Virus record (IMG/VR): IMGVR_UViG_3300035126_000842
Location: 32,001 to 96,000 of that record
Source of the DNA: a virus
DNA: 64,000 bases
Direction: 5' to 3' (one strand)
A program made the position numbers and the translations under genes. This document shows, piece after piece, positions 41,113 to 50,900 of this stretch. Below the pieces are notes generated by a model. The model saw only the letters and a list, made by a program, of their open reading frames with translations. It was not told the DNA's origin and ran no database searches. Position 1 is the stretch's first letter. The number at the start of each line of letters is the position of its first letter.

Positions 41113-41139
41113 ATTAGTATGAATATTTCACACTAATAT
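41111..41139 (-). promoter_or_regulatory. Hairpin overlapping the start codon of the 961-aa gene
   Basis: The minus-strand RNA AUAUUAGUGUGAA-AUA-UUCAUACUAAUAU|G forms a 13-bp stem with one G-U pair and includes the A and U of the AUG. Confidence 0.4.
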
Positions 41140-41182
41140 AGCTATTTTAACATTACAAGTTTAATAAATTTTTAAAATTTAT

Positions 41183-43573
41183 CTATTGTCTACTACCAGG
41201 TAAACCTGCTTGTTGTCTCCAACCAGCACCTCCTCGTCTAGGTACATAACCAAGTTGATTACGACTTGCTATACGTGATTCAATATCACGTATGCTTAAT
41301 TCTTTTTCATACCTCTCTAATTCATCAGGACTCATGTTTGCAGTGTTTTTTCTTGTAAAACCTGTTTCTGTTGAAGCTTCTTCATTACCAGGTTGTCCTG
41401 TAAACCGAATATTATTTGCTCTAGTACTAAACATAAAACTTGGATCTTGAGCGTTTAACAAGTTTACATTACCCTGATTAGTATAAGCTTGAGAAAGTTT
41501 ATTAGTAAATACATTTCTCTTTTGAGCTCTAGTATTAGCTTTTTGTTGTAGGTAAGTAGCTAAATCTACATCATATTGTCTATCAGCCATTTGACGCATT
41601 CTGTCATAGTTACCTAACATTTGAGCATTAAACCCTTGTGTTTGATTTAAAGTACCTATGTTTCTTTGATTAACACCACTTATTATATTAGCGGTATCAC
41701 CTGCTGCTAAACCTTGCATGTAAGATGCTGCAGATGAAGGGTTTCTACCAAATGCTTTTATAGCGTCTGTAGCTCTAGCAGCACCTTCTTGTCTATTAGC
41801 AATAGCGCGAGTAGGGTCTTCTAATACAGGATTAATAGTTCTAGGACCAGCAACTCTTTGATATGTAGGACCTACATCTGTATTATCAAATAAAGAAAAG
41901 GCAGAACCATATAAGTCTACCACATCTGATTTAAAGAAAGGTTGACTAGGATATTGAGAGTAATCGTAGGTTTGCTTTTCTTGCTCTTTTCCAGCAACTG
42001 TCGTTGGTACATACTCACCTTTAGCATCACCACCACCTTCTCCTCCTGGAAATACTCTTTCTTTTTGTATATTTACACAATTCCCATTTATTTCCATGTG
42101 ACCTGGAGGACAATTAGAAGAAGCAGGAGTTGCATTTGGTGTAGGAGTAGATTGAGGGGCAGGTTGTGCTGTTTTAAGAACTTCTGTTTTTCTTATAGTA
42201 GGCATTTTACCGTATTTATGTAAATCTTTAGCTGCGGCTTCCATTGCTACTGGATCATTTGCAATACCTGCTTCTTTAGCTAATCTATGAAAAGTACTAA
42301 ATTTTCCTTGATTTTGTAGAATATCAGCTGGTGTAAAATTAGTTTTTTGGTCAGTAGGTACTTTATAACCAGGAGTATCTTTGTATGCATAATTAGAATC
42401 TTCAGCATAGGGATTATAACCTTCTGAAAATTTATCTACAGGTCTTGCATCTACAGGTGGTTTAAAAGGTTTTCCTACTTGAGCTTTATGTAAATATCCA
42501 CCAATTTTCTTTTTATTTAATGAATCTAAACCTGTTAATTTATTTATAGCATCAAAATAATATTGATTAGTATTTTGATTTGAACCTTGAAAGTTTAATA
42601 CTGGTTTTTTATCAGGCATGTTTTGACCTGTATTATAATAAAAAGATTCAGTAAGAGGATTACCTCCTCTATCAATATTTTTCATATATACATATGAGGT
42701 ATCATTAGGTAAACCATTATTATATGTGTTTATAATTCTAGCACCTTGTTCAAAAAAAGCTCCGTCATTGTCTACCGTAGGAAAAGAATTGCGTAGTTCA
42801 GTGTTTGACCCGTGATGTATATAGCTATTATCTGCTATTGGTGATGTATATATAGGTTGTTCAGTACTAGTTTTTTTAGCAGTTTTTATTTGCTTTCCTG
42901 TTTGTGCTTTAGAAAGGTACCCACCATACCTGTACTGTTCTTCATTTATATCATCTTGGTCTGTTGCAAGCTGACTAGTATTTATACCCTTCTTCTCTAA
43001 GTAGGGAAAAGCAAATTTAGGTACATTACCACCCTTTAAATAAACTTCTTGAATAATAGCTAGTTTAGATAGTTTATCACGGTTATTATTAATCATTAAT
43101 TCTGCTGTCTCTTTTTCAAGAGTGTCAGTATCCTTATCTAAAAGTTTAGCATTGTAATCGTTTAGCTGGTATCTTTTTGAAAGAGCAGCAGGTGTATAAG
43201 AACCTTTAGATTTACCAAAGATTTTTAACAAATCTGGATTATTAATTCTCATTTTCTTTGTGTCTGAGAAAATAAAAGACTCAGGTAAATTTAAAGGTAC
43301 ACCCGGACCATCTGCGTGACGAGGACCTTGTATATTATAGAATTCATCAAGACCGTCTTTTTGGAAATCACCAACTACAGTTTCTCCACCTTCTGCTTCT
43401 ACATTAGCTTCTTCTCTAGGTACCGAAGTAAGAGTTTTTCTTACAGGAGAAGAAGTCTTATCTGATAGCAAACTAGCAGTATAACCATTTTTATTTTTGG
43501 TACTCCACCCTTCTGATATGGGTCTACCATAACCAGCTTCAGGAAGTTTAGTAATTTTTACACGTCTCATCAT
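41183..43573 (-). CDS. Putative virion cargo protein (796 aa), crAss C1-like
   Basis: NVEAEGGE...GPRHADGPGV...FIFSD motif typical of crAss-like cargo proteins, two GGYLxKAQ motifs, and one CPPG...C pair. Confidence 0.65.
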   Translation of the reverse strand: MMRRVKITKLPEAGYGRPISEGWSTKNKNGYTASLLSDKTSSPVRKTLTSVPREEANVEAEGGETVVGDFQKDGLDEFYNIQGPRHADGPGVPLNLPESFIFSDTKKMRINNPDLLKIFGKSKGSYTPAALSKRYQLNDYNAKLLDKDTDTLEKETAELMINNNRDKLSKLAIIQEVYLKGGNVPKFAFPYLEKKGINTSQLATDQDDINEEQYRYGGYLSKAQTGKQIKTAKKTSTEQPIYTSPIADNSYIHHGSNTELRNSFPTVDNDGAFFEQGARIINTYNNGLPNDTSYVYMKNIDRGGNPLTESFYYNTGQNMPDKKPVLNFQGSNQNTNQYYFDAINKLTGLDSLNKKKIGGYLHKAQVGKPFKPPVDARPVDKFSEGYNPYAEDSNYAYKDTPGYKVPTDQKTNFTPADILQNQGKFSTFHRLAKEAGIANDPVAMEAAAKDLHKYGKMPTIRKTEVLKTAQPAPQSTPTPNATPASSNCPPGHMEINGNCVNIQKERVFPGGEGGGDAKGEYVPTTVAGKEQEKQTYDYSQYPSQPFFKSDVVDLYGSAFSLFDNTDVGPTYQRVAGPRTINPVLEDPTRAIANRQEGAARATDAIKAFGRNPSSAASYMQGLAAGDTANIISGVNQRNIGTLNQTQGFNAQMLGNYDRMRQMADRQYDVDLATYLQQKANTRAQKRNVFTNKLSQAYTNQGNVNLLNAQDPSFMFSTRANNIRFTGQPGNEEASTETGFTRKNTANMSPDELERYEKELSIRDIESRIASRNQLGYVPRRGGAGWRQQAGLPGSRQ

Positions 43574-45225
43574 AATCTAAAAATACAAAATTAATCTATA
43601 AACTCCAATTCTCCACCTGCTGCTAAAAACTCATAAATTTCATCGTCGGTCATATCTACCTCACCACCAAACTGCATACTCCCTGTTCCTACTGAAAACT
43701 TATCAAAGTAACCTAAACGATTCGGTTGTAAGAATCCTTGATTAGTAGTCCAATCTCCTCTGCTCATACTTTGACCAGGTTCTTTATAGTTTCTTTGAAA
43801 CTGACTGTAGTCTGGAGTTTTTTCTAATAAGTTATTAAGAGCTTTAGTACCTAATAATATGTTATCAGCATTAGCTCCTTTCCACATTCTGCTAGCAAAA
43901 GCTCCTGCTTTTTGACCAAAAGAAGGTTTATCTGCAGCACCAGAATCTAATTTAATACCTTGCTTGCTTTGAGCAGAAGAACTTCCACTACCATCACCTC
44001 CTCCGTACATACTACCGTCACCTTGTGGTGCTGCGTAAGATTGATTATCTAACCAATTTCTATATTGACCACTAAAAGCAGTAGATTCTAAAGGTTTATT
44101 TATACCAAATATATCTTCATCTAACTGAGAATTAGCTGTCGCATACATACCTGAACCTATATTAGTTCTTGGTGCTTTACGACCATAAGTAATCATGTCT
44201 GATTCAACAGGATTGTTAGGATCAAAAGGGTCTGCAAATTGTGCTTTAGGAAGGTAACCTCCATATTTCTTTTTGGTTGATTTACTATTTTTCATTTGAT
44301 AAGCTTTTAATGCTTTTTGAGTTTCAGCTCCTAATACTCTATCAAAACTACCGTCTTCTTTAATTGAATTAGGTAATTTATAACCTATTTTAGATAAAGC
44401 ATTTTGTAATGCAAATACAATTTTTTCAGAAGCTTCTGTTCCAATTAAATCAGGTGAAGATATTATACCTATTAGATTGTTAGCTTGATTTAAAACTTGC
44501 TCTGGTTTATTGAAAGAAATAGGTCTTAACCTAACACCTAAATCGTAATAGTCGTCATAAGTTCTACCTGTTACATCTATTGTTGGGTATTTTTCTTTTA
44601 TTTTAAAAACAGCTCCTACAGGTGTTTGTATTCCTTTACTTCTAGGTATTCCAAAAGCATCACACACATTATCCGCACAATTATTTGTAAATAAATTCCA
44701 ATCAGAAGGTTTAAATTCAGTTTCACCAGCAAGCCACCCAAATTCTCCCATAGGTAATGACATGGCTTTATTGTAAATCTTATTCTGGTCTGCTCCATAA
44801 ACATAATATGAACGCTCTCCTTCTCTTTTTGCTCTCCCTATACCAAATGGGTAATTACCAGCTTTACTATAATCTATAGATGCCGATTCAGGATCGTTTG
44901 TAACAGAAACAGAAACATGACCAGGTATATATTTACCAAACATAGGATATAAATTAACCTGTGACGGATGATTCTGCTCAATAGAATGTACAGGTTTTCC
45001 TTTTACACCATATGCACCAACTTCTTGTCTTGGAGTTCCTGCATATTTAGTATTATATCTTTTACCTTTATACATAAATTCTTGTTCTCCTGCTTTTTTC
45101 GCAGCAGAATAAGCTGTATTAAAATCACCTTTATCAGAATAATCTGCTACATCCCAATTATAAGGATTTGCCCATGAGGGTATAAAGTTTCCTATAGATT
45201 GAGCTTTAGGTAAATAACCTCCGTA
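42479..45225 (-). repeat. Four dispersed copies of a GGYLxKAQ-coding motif
   Basis: Copies at 42479-42505 (IGGYLHKAQ), 42902-42928 (YGGYLSKAQ), 44239-44265 and 45199-45225 (both YGGYLPKAQ). Confidence 0.85.
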
Positions 45226-46335
45226 TTTTTTTTTATTTTTCTTTTGCCAATTTTCAAATGCAATTTTAGTATCTGTTCCCCAAATTCCATCATATGTTCC
45301 ATCTTTTTTAAGAGAAGAGGACATATCATAACCTTGTTCACTTAAAGCTTTTTGTAAAATTCTTATATTATGTTGATTTTCATACGGACTAAAAGCTTTA
45401 TTTTTGTATTTTTCTAAAACTTGTTGTCTTGCATATGCAAAATCTGCAGAATTTTCAAAATCATAATCTCTAAATAAAATTCTTTGTTTTAAAGGAAATC
45501 CTTGTGATTCATGTACATATTCAATGCTTTTAGGATCCTTGTACATTTTCTCATCATATCCAACCCAGTCATTTAATGTTTTATCATAAAAAACATTATT
45601 TCTTTTAAGATCCTCGTTTAGTTTATTTAGAAACCCTTCTGACCCCCAATCTTTTGACTGTCTAGAATGTAATAATTCTTCTATATAATCATCTATAAGA
45701 TTTGCAGTATCTATTTTTGTTACGTTAGGATCTTGATTAAGACCAAAAATATACATTTTATTATCTTCATTAGAATAATTAGCTCTTCCATAATCTCCAC
45801 TTCCATGATTTTGCGATTCAGAAGATTCTATTGAAACAAGTGGATTACCATATCTATAATGTAAATTTAAAACATCTTTATATCTTGTTTCAGGATCACC
45901 GTATGTTTTTCTATGCCCTTTTATATTACCAGGAGTTATATTTTTTTCTTGATTTATAAAATAATTTTTTAAATAGTTTTTGAAAAAATCAGGTGATTTT
46001 TGTTCAGCAATTTCCCAAGGTTCTAGTTTTTTACCACTATCTTTTACAGCAAAACGTTTACCGTTCCACATAAACTCATTTGCTCCTTCTTTTTTTGCAC
46101 CAGCATATGCTTTATTAAAATCTTTCTCATGACTATAATCAGATACTCCCCAGTTTAATGGGTTAGTCATCATTGCGCGACGATTCTGTATTTGTTTATA
46201 TTTAGCATCGTCTATTCCATAAAAAGCTCTACCTGCAGCTACTAATGCATTATTAAATTGTTGCAATAAAGAAACATCCTCTTCTTTTTTAGATCCTGCT
46301 ATTTGATACTTACGCAAATAACCTTTTCTTTTCAT
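43591..46335 (-). CDS. Modular cargo protein (914 aa): two tandem units, each ending in a peptidoglycan-binding domain; the second carries a permuted papain-like peptidase
   Basis: Duplicated NPxNWxVxDYS...FNxAYxxAKK...F and LQxALSxxGY...DG...GxxT (PG_binding_1-like). GHVSV...WNLFTNNCAD gives His-before-Cys catalytic order. Unit 1 has EELLHSRQ. Confidence 0.7.
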   Translation of the reverse strand: MKRKGYLRKYQIAGSKKEEDVSLLQQFNNALVAAGRAFYGIDDAKYKQIQNRRAMMTNPLNWGVSDYSHEKDFNKAYAGAKKEGANEFMWNGKRFAVKDSGKKLEPWEIAEQKSPDFFKNYLKNYFINQEKNITPGNIKGHRKTYGDPETRYKDVLNLHYRYGNPLVSIESSESQNHGSGDYGRANYSNEDNKMYIFGLNQDPNVTKIDTANLIDDYIEELLHSRQSKDWGSEGFLNKLNEDLKRNNVFYDKTLNDWVGYDEKMYKDPKSIEYVHESQGFPLKQRILFRDYDFENSADFAYARQQVLEKYKNKAFSPYENQHNIRILQKALSEQGYDMSSSLKKDGTYDGIWGTDTKIAFENWQKKNKKKYGGYLPKAQSIGNFIPSWANPYNWDVADYSDKGDFNTAYSAAKKAGEQEFMYKGKRYNTKYAGTPRQEVGAYGVKGKPVHSIEQNHPSQVNLYPMFGKYIPGHVSVSVTNDPESASIDYSKAGNYPFGIGRAKREGERSYYVYGADQNKIYNKAMSLPMGEFGWLAGETEFKPSDWNLFTNNCADNVCDAFGIPRSKGIQTPVGAVFKIKEKYPTIDVTGRTYDDYYDLGVRLRPISFNKPEQVLNQANNLIGIISSPDLIGTEASEKIVFALQNALSKIGYKLPNSIKEDGSFDRVLGAETQKALKAYQMKNSKSTKKKYGGYLPKAQFADPFDPNNPVESDMITYGRKAPRTNIGSGMYATANSQLDEDIFGINKPLESTAFSGQYRNWLDNQSYAAPQGDGSMYGGGDGSGSSSAQSKQGIKLDSGAADKPSFGQKAGAFASRMWKGANADNILLGTKALNNLLEKTPDYSQFQRNYKEPGQSMSRGDWTTNQGFLQPNRLGYFDKFSVGTGSMQFGGEVDMTDDEIYEFLAAGGELEFID

Positions 46336-46336
46336 A

Positions 46337-47065
46337 TTAGTACAATTCCATTAAGTCTTGTTCATCTAACTGACCACCAAACTCTTTAGCAAAGTTTTCT
46401 TCGCTTTTATTTTTTTCCTCATATGTGAGAACAAAATTTTTACAAAATTTATATATCTCATCATTCGTAAAATCGCTTTTCATTTGGTTTATAGCCATAC
46501 ATACTAATTGTGTATTATTTTCTGTATATCCTTCGTTTGGATTTATTCTATCCACACTTAAATTAGTTGGAGTTCTTCCTGCATTTAATTCAAAAGTCAT
46601 ATCTAAATTTGATAAGGCACATTTTCCTTTTTGTTTTATATATAAATCATGAAGAAATGCTTTACTTATAGAAAATTCTATATTAGATTTCAAAGATCTA
46701 TCTACAGCACCTCTGTATCTACTAGTTAAAATTTTATCTAATTTTTTATCTTCAGAAAAAGAAGCATTTAATTTATGTTGTCGTATTTTATTACAATTAT
46801 TGCATATATACCTTCTATAATTTCTTGTAGCATTTAAAGTGTTATTTGGTGTAAAAACAACTTCATCTTTGTAGTCAGCACATTTATGACACAATAACTT
46901 GCCTTCAAACCACTCAGGTTTTAATTTAATAGAATCTTCGCATGTTCTACAAACCATGTGAAAAACCTCTTTGCTATGTATTCTAGAAGAACGATAGTTT
47001 TTTCTGTTTTCTGGCAAATTGACAGAACACTGATGACATATTTTATATGTAGTTGTTCCTTTCAT
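46337..47065 (-). CDS. Putative HNH/His-Me finger homing endonuclease with Cys-rich N-terminal zinc fingers
   Basis: Four CxxC pairs, then QKGKCALS...LSVDRINPNEGYTENNTQLVCMAINQMK. Confidence 0.75.
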   Translation of the reverse strand: MKGTTTYKICHQCSVNLPENRKNYRSSRIHSKEVFHMVCRTCEDSIKLKPEWFEGKLLCHKCADYKDEVVFTPNNTLNATRNYRRYICNNCNKIRQHKLNASFSEDKKLDKILTSRYRGAVDRSLKSNIEFSISKAFLHDLYIKQKGKCALSNLDMTFELNAGRTPTNLSVDRINPNEGYTENNTQLVCMAINQMKSDFTNDEIYKFCKNFVLTYEEKNKSEENFAKEFGGQLDEQDLMELY

Positions 47066-47070
47066 AATAC

Positions 47071-47883
47071 TTAATCTTCTACGTATATATCTCCACCAAA
47101 TTCATTTTTCCATTTACTTGCTTGCCTAGCAAAGTTTGCTTTACGAACCATCGCGGTAGAATACTTATCTTTATTTCTAAGAATATGACGCGCTGCTTCT
47201 TGAACACTCATACCCATTTTAGTAGCTTGAGCTTTGAATGTACCTTTTTTACGAGGGTCAATATGAATACCACCTTGCTTCATTTGATTCATACCACCCA
47301 TTTCAAATAATGCTACAGGGTGCTGATAACCATTAGGTTCCATCATAGGGTGATTCATATAACCACCATAGTACCAAGAACCACCTTGCGCCATCATTGC
47401 TTGTTGTTCAGGTGGCATCATCTGCTGTTGCATACCTTGTTGAGGCATACCCTGTTGTTGTTGCATAGCTTCTTGAACAACCTGCGCCATTTGTTGTATA
47501 GCTTGTTGCTGTTGTTCAGGACTTAATTGCTGAAGTCTCTGCATAATTTCTTGGGGATCTACACCTTGTATCTCAGCAAACATTTGAATAATCTGCATTA
47601 TTTGATCTTGCTCAGTACTCCCACCTTCTTGATATCTACTACCACCCATTCTCATCTGTTGCCCTTGACCTTGCTGTACTACTTGCATCATCTGCTGAAT
47701 AGCTTGCTGTTGTTCTTTTGAAGATAATCCTTGCAGTTGTTGAATTATTTCTTCAGGATCAACACCTTGCATGTCTGCGAACATTTGAATTACTTGCATA
47801 ATTTGGTCTTGTTCTGCAGAACCACCTTCTTGCATTTTTACATTACCACCGCACTTATAACAGGGTTTTGACGACTTTTTCAT
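47071..47883 (-). CDS. Gln/Met/Gly-rich repeat protein (270 aa) with multiple xxGG motifs
   Basis: Two ~60-aa repeats QEGGSxEQDQIMQxIQMFAxxQGVDP, nine xxGG motifs, and a basic C-terminal module GGIHIDPRKKGTF...KANFA. Confidence 0.75.
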   Translation of the reverse strand: MKKSSKPCYKCGGNVKMQEGGSAEQDQIMQVIQMFADMQGVDPEEIIQQLQGLSSKEQQQAIQQMMQVVQQGQGQQMRMGGSRYQEGGSTEQDQIMQIIQMFAEIQGVDPQEIMQRLQQLSPEQQQQAIQQMAQVVQEAMQQQQGMPQQGMQQQMMPPEQQAMMAQGGSWYYGGYMNHPMMEPNGYQHPVALFEMGGMNQMKQGGIHIDPRKKGTFKAQATKMGMSVQEAARHILRNKDKYSTAMVRKANFARQASKWKNEFGGDIYVED

Positions 47884-47912
47884 ATAACTATAGTTTATCT
47901 AATTTACGAAAT

Positions 47913-50900
47913 TTATTTAGAAAATGGAACTTCATCTACATAATTTACACCAAGATACAAATATTCTTCACCTGGTAGCATTAAATTTGCTTTTCCATTA
48001 TCTCCAATTGCTAAAACAGGATAGTTAATTCCTTCCATTGTAATTCTGTTAGAAGGAATTCTAGTTGTTTTACCAGGAAATTTTCTTTGTCCTTCAGGGT
48101 GTTCAATAGGAGTTTTACCTCCGTCTTGCCAAGTACCAAATCTTTTATGCCAGTACAAAGGACTAAACTGATCTTTAGCTTTAGCAGAATTTTTACCACC
48201 CATTCTGTCCCAGAATCTTTCTCTTCTTTCTTCTGAACCATGCTGGGTGTAATCTTTCATCCCTTTATAACCACCGTGCACTATTTTATATTTGTTGCCT
48301 TTTTTAGCAAGTACCATCCATTTTTTACCAGGACGATTAGATTTGCGTTTTGCACCCACTTTAGTAAAACCTTGGTTTTTGTATCTATCAGGAATACCAC
48401 CTTCTCTAAGAACTTTAATATCTTCTATTTGATTGATGTCTTCTTCTTCGTAATCACCTAGTTCTGATAATCTATCAATCGCTTCTTCTACTAAAGAATC
48501 TACTACCTCTTCTGAATAACCAGTATCTACTAAAGAACCTGCTAACATATCAGGGTCTTCCCCATCAGCTATCATGGAAGCTATCTGAGCTAATAGATTA
48601 TCAGTTTCTTTATCGTATATATTACCGCCCATTTGTTCTTTAGAAATAGGATTATTTTGAGTATCTCTAGTCGGTTCAAACTCCTCCATTCTATCTCCTT
48701 CTACATAAGCTCTACCTTTATTATAACCTATTGTGTTTTCAGGGTCGCTATCTAATCTTGTATCACCAGAAGCTATGTATATTTCATTACCTGAAGAGTT
48801 AAGTGCTGTATATGGTTTACCAGCTAATCTTCTTTTTTCTTGTTTTTTATCCATTCCATAATAAAATTTCTGAGGAGGGTTTCTTGCAGGTTTTTGTATA
48901 GGAATATCTAAAGGTACAAATTCTCTTTCTGGTTTATCATAAGATATTTGAGTTATATTTCTTAATGGCATTTTTTTAAGCTTTGGCATTAATGGTTTTT
49001 GAAAAATAGGTTTATAATAAGTGGTACTTTCAGTTGTTGTTGGATTTCCTACAGGTTGCCCGTATATTGTACCATATGAATTACTTCCAATTGGTACCAT
49101 AGTTCTTCCTTGTTCGATAATTTTTTCTTCCCAAGATGTTGGTTTTATTCCATCTACTGAAAAGTTAGGATCTTTTTTTGTTTTCCAATACTCGTTTAAT
49201 TTAACATTTGGTCTAGCATACATGTTATTTAAATAATATTTTCGATTAAGTCTATCCTTATAATCTTTACTTTCCATAATATCCTCTAATACTTTTACTT
49301 TTCCTTTATAAAACTCTTCAGATAAGCTTTCAGGAACTCTTCCTTTAATTCTTAAAGAGTCTTTAGAAGTTTTTCTTTCTGTTTCTAAACCATACTTTTT
49401 AGCAAATTCTTTAACAAATAAATCTTCATTATCAAATGCTTGTTGAGTGTATTTCTTAACTGCTTCATCGTGTTGAGTATATTCTTCAAATTCATTAGGG
49501 AATGTATTTTTGTCTATAATTAATTCATATTCTGGTTGTTCTTCATTATTATATTGATTATATAATTTTAGTTTTTTGTGATATTCTACCCAAGGGTCTA
49601 TCTCTGATGAAGACCCACCATCTCGTTTTTTTGCTCTATTTTTGCGTTGTTTTGCTAAAATAGATTCAATACCGTTTGTTACAATTAAAGGCGCTTCATC
49701 AGAATATACTTGATCTAAATATTCTTCTACTAACTTAGCAAACATTTTGTCATCGAAGTCTTTGTAATCAAAACCAATGTAATTGTCTCCTACGTCATAA
49801 CCTCTTTCTGTTCCATACCCTCTGTATTTCTTTCTAAAAAAATTCTTTACTTGTTCAATGTTTTCCTCTGTAAGATATTCTCTGGGTATTTCATCTAAAT
49901 CTCTAAAGAATATATTTTTTATATGCTCGTTTCTTTTAGTTTCGTCTTTTATTCTATAAGGGTAATTAGAACCTTTGTAATACATGTCTATTAGATTCTC
50001 ACCACCAGCTTGTTTTTTAGGTACATACTGTAATCTACCATCTTCTCTTTGTGTAAGTAATAGATCTTTTGTATAGGGACTAAGTTGACTTGCTAGCGCT
50101 TCATAAACAACAGAAGGGTGGTTTTTACTCTTTAACACTATACCATCTTTACCTACGCTAAATCCATGATACAAACCATCATCTTGTAACGGAAAAAACT
50201 CTGTGTCTTTTACTTCTTTAAATGAATTAGGTTTTCCTGCAGCTTCCCACATGCCATACAAATCATAGTATGAGTAGTCTCCATATTTAAAGTTATCATC
50301 TCTTAAATTATTAGGAAGCGTTTTATTAAAAGCTGTAAACTTAGTCCAGTCTTCAGGATTCTCTCCTCCTTCTCGATATTTAGGTCCTTTCTCGTTTTTA
50401 AAATGAGTTTCGTAAGACCTATCTATACCGACAGGGTTTTTCTTACCCATATAAGATACTCCTTCTTGTAGTGCGTTTATAGCTAAGTCACCCCAAAAAG
50501 GTGCTGGTGATTTTAATCCTTCTAAAGCAATGTTAACTGTTCTTGCATAATCGCTAGGATTATTTTCTAGTATTTGAGTTGTTGCATTATAAGCGGGACC
50601 TACTACATTAACTTGGTCAGCTAAAGTTTGTTTAAGTATATTTCCGGCAGGTGTATTAAGAAGTTTAGTTAACCAGTTTTCAGTTTCTCCTCCTCCTTGA
50701 TACATATACTCTTTATCTTGATATGGTACTCCTGTTGTTGAAGTAGGAAAAAAACCACCCATTTCTTTCTTCTCATTTCTAATCTTTCTTTCCTGTTTTA
50801 ACATTTCAGCGGTAGGTTTTTTACCAGAACCTGCATTATCACGAATGTTGTCCCAAAGTCCTCTACGAGAATAACTACCATCTTTTCTTCTTATCATACC

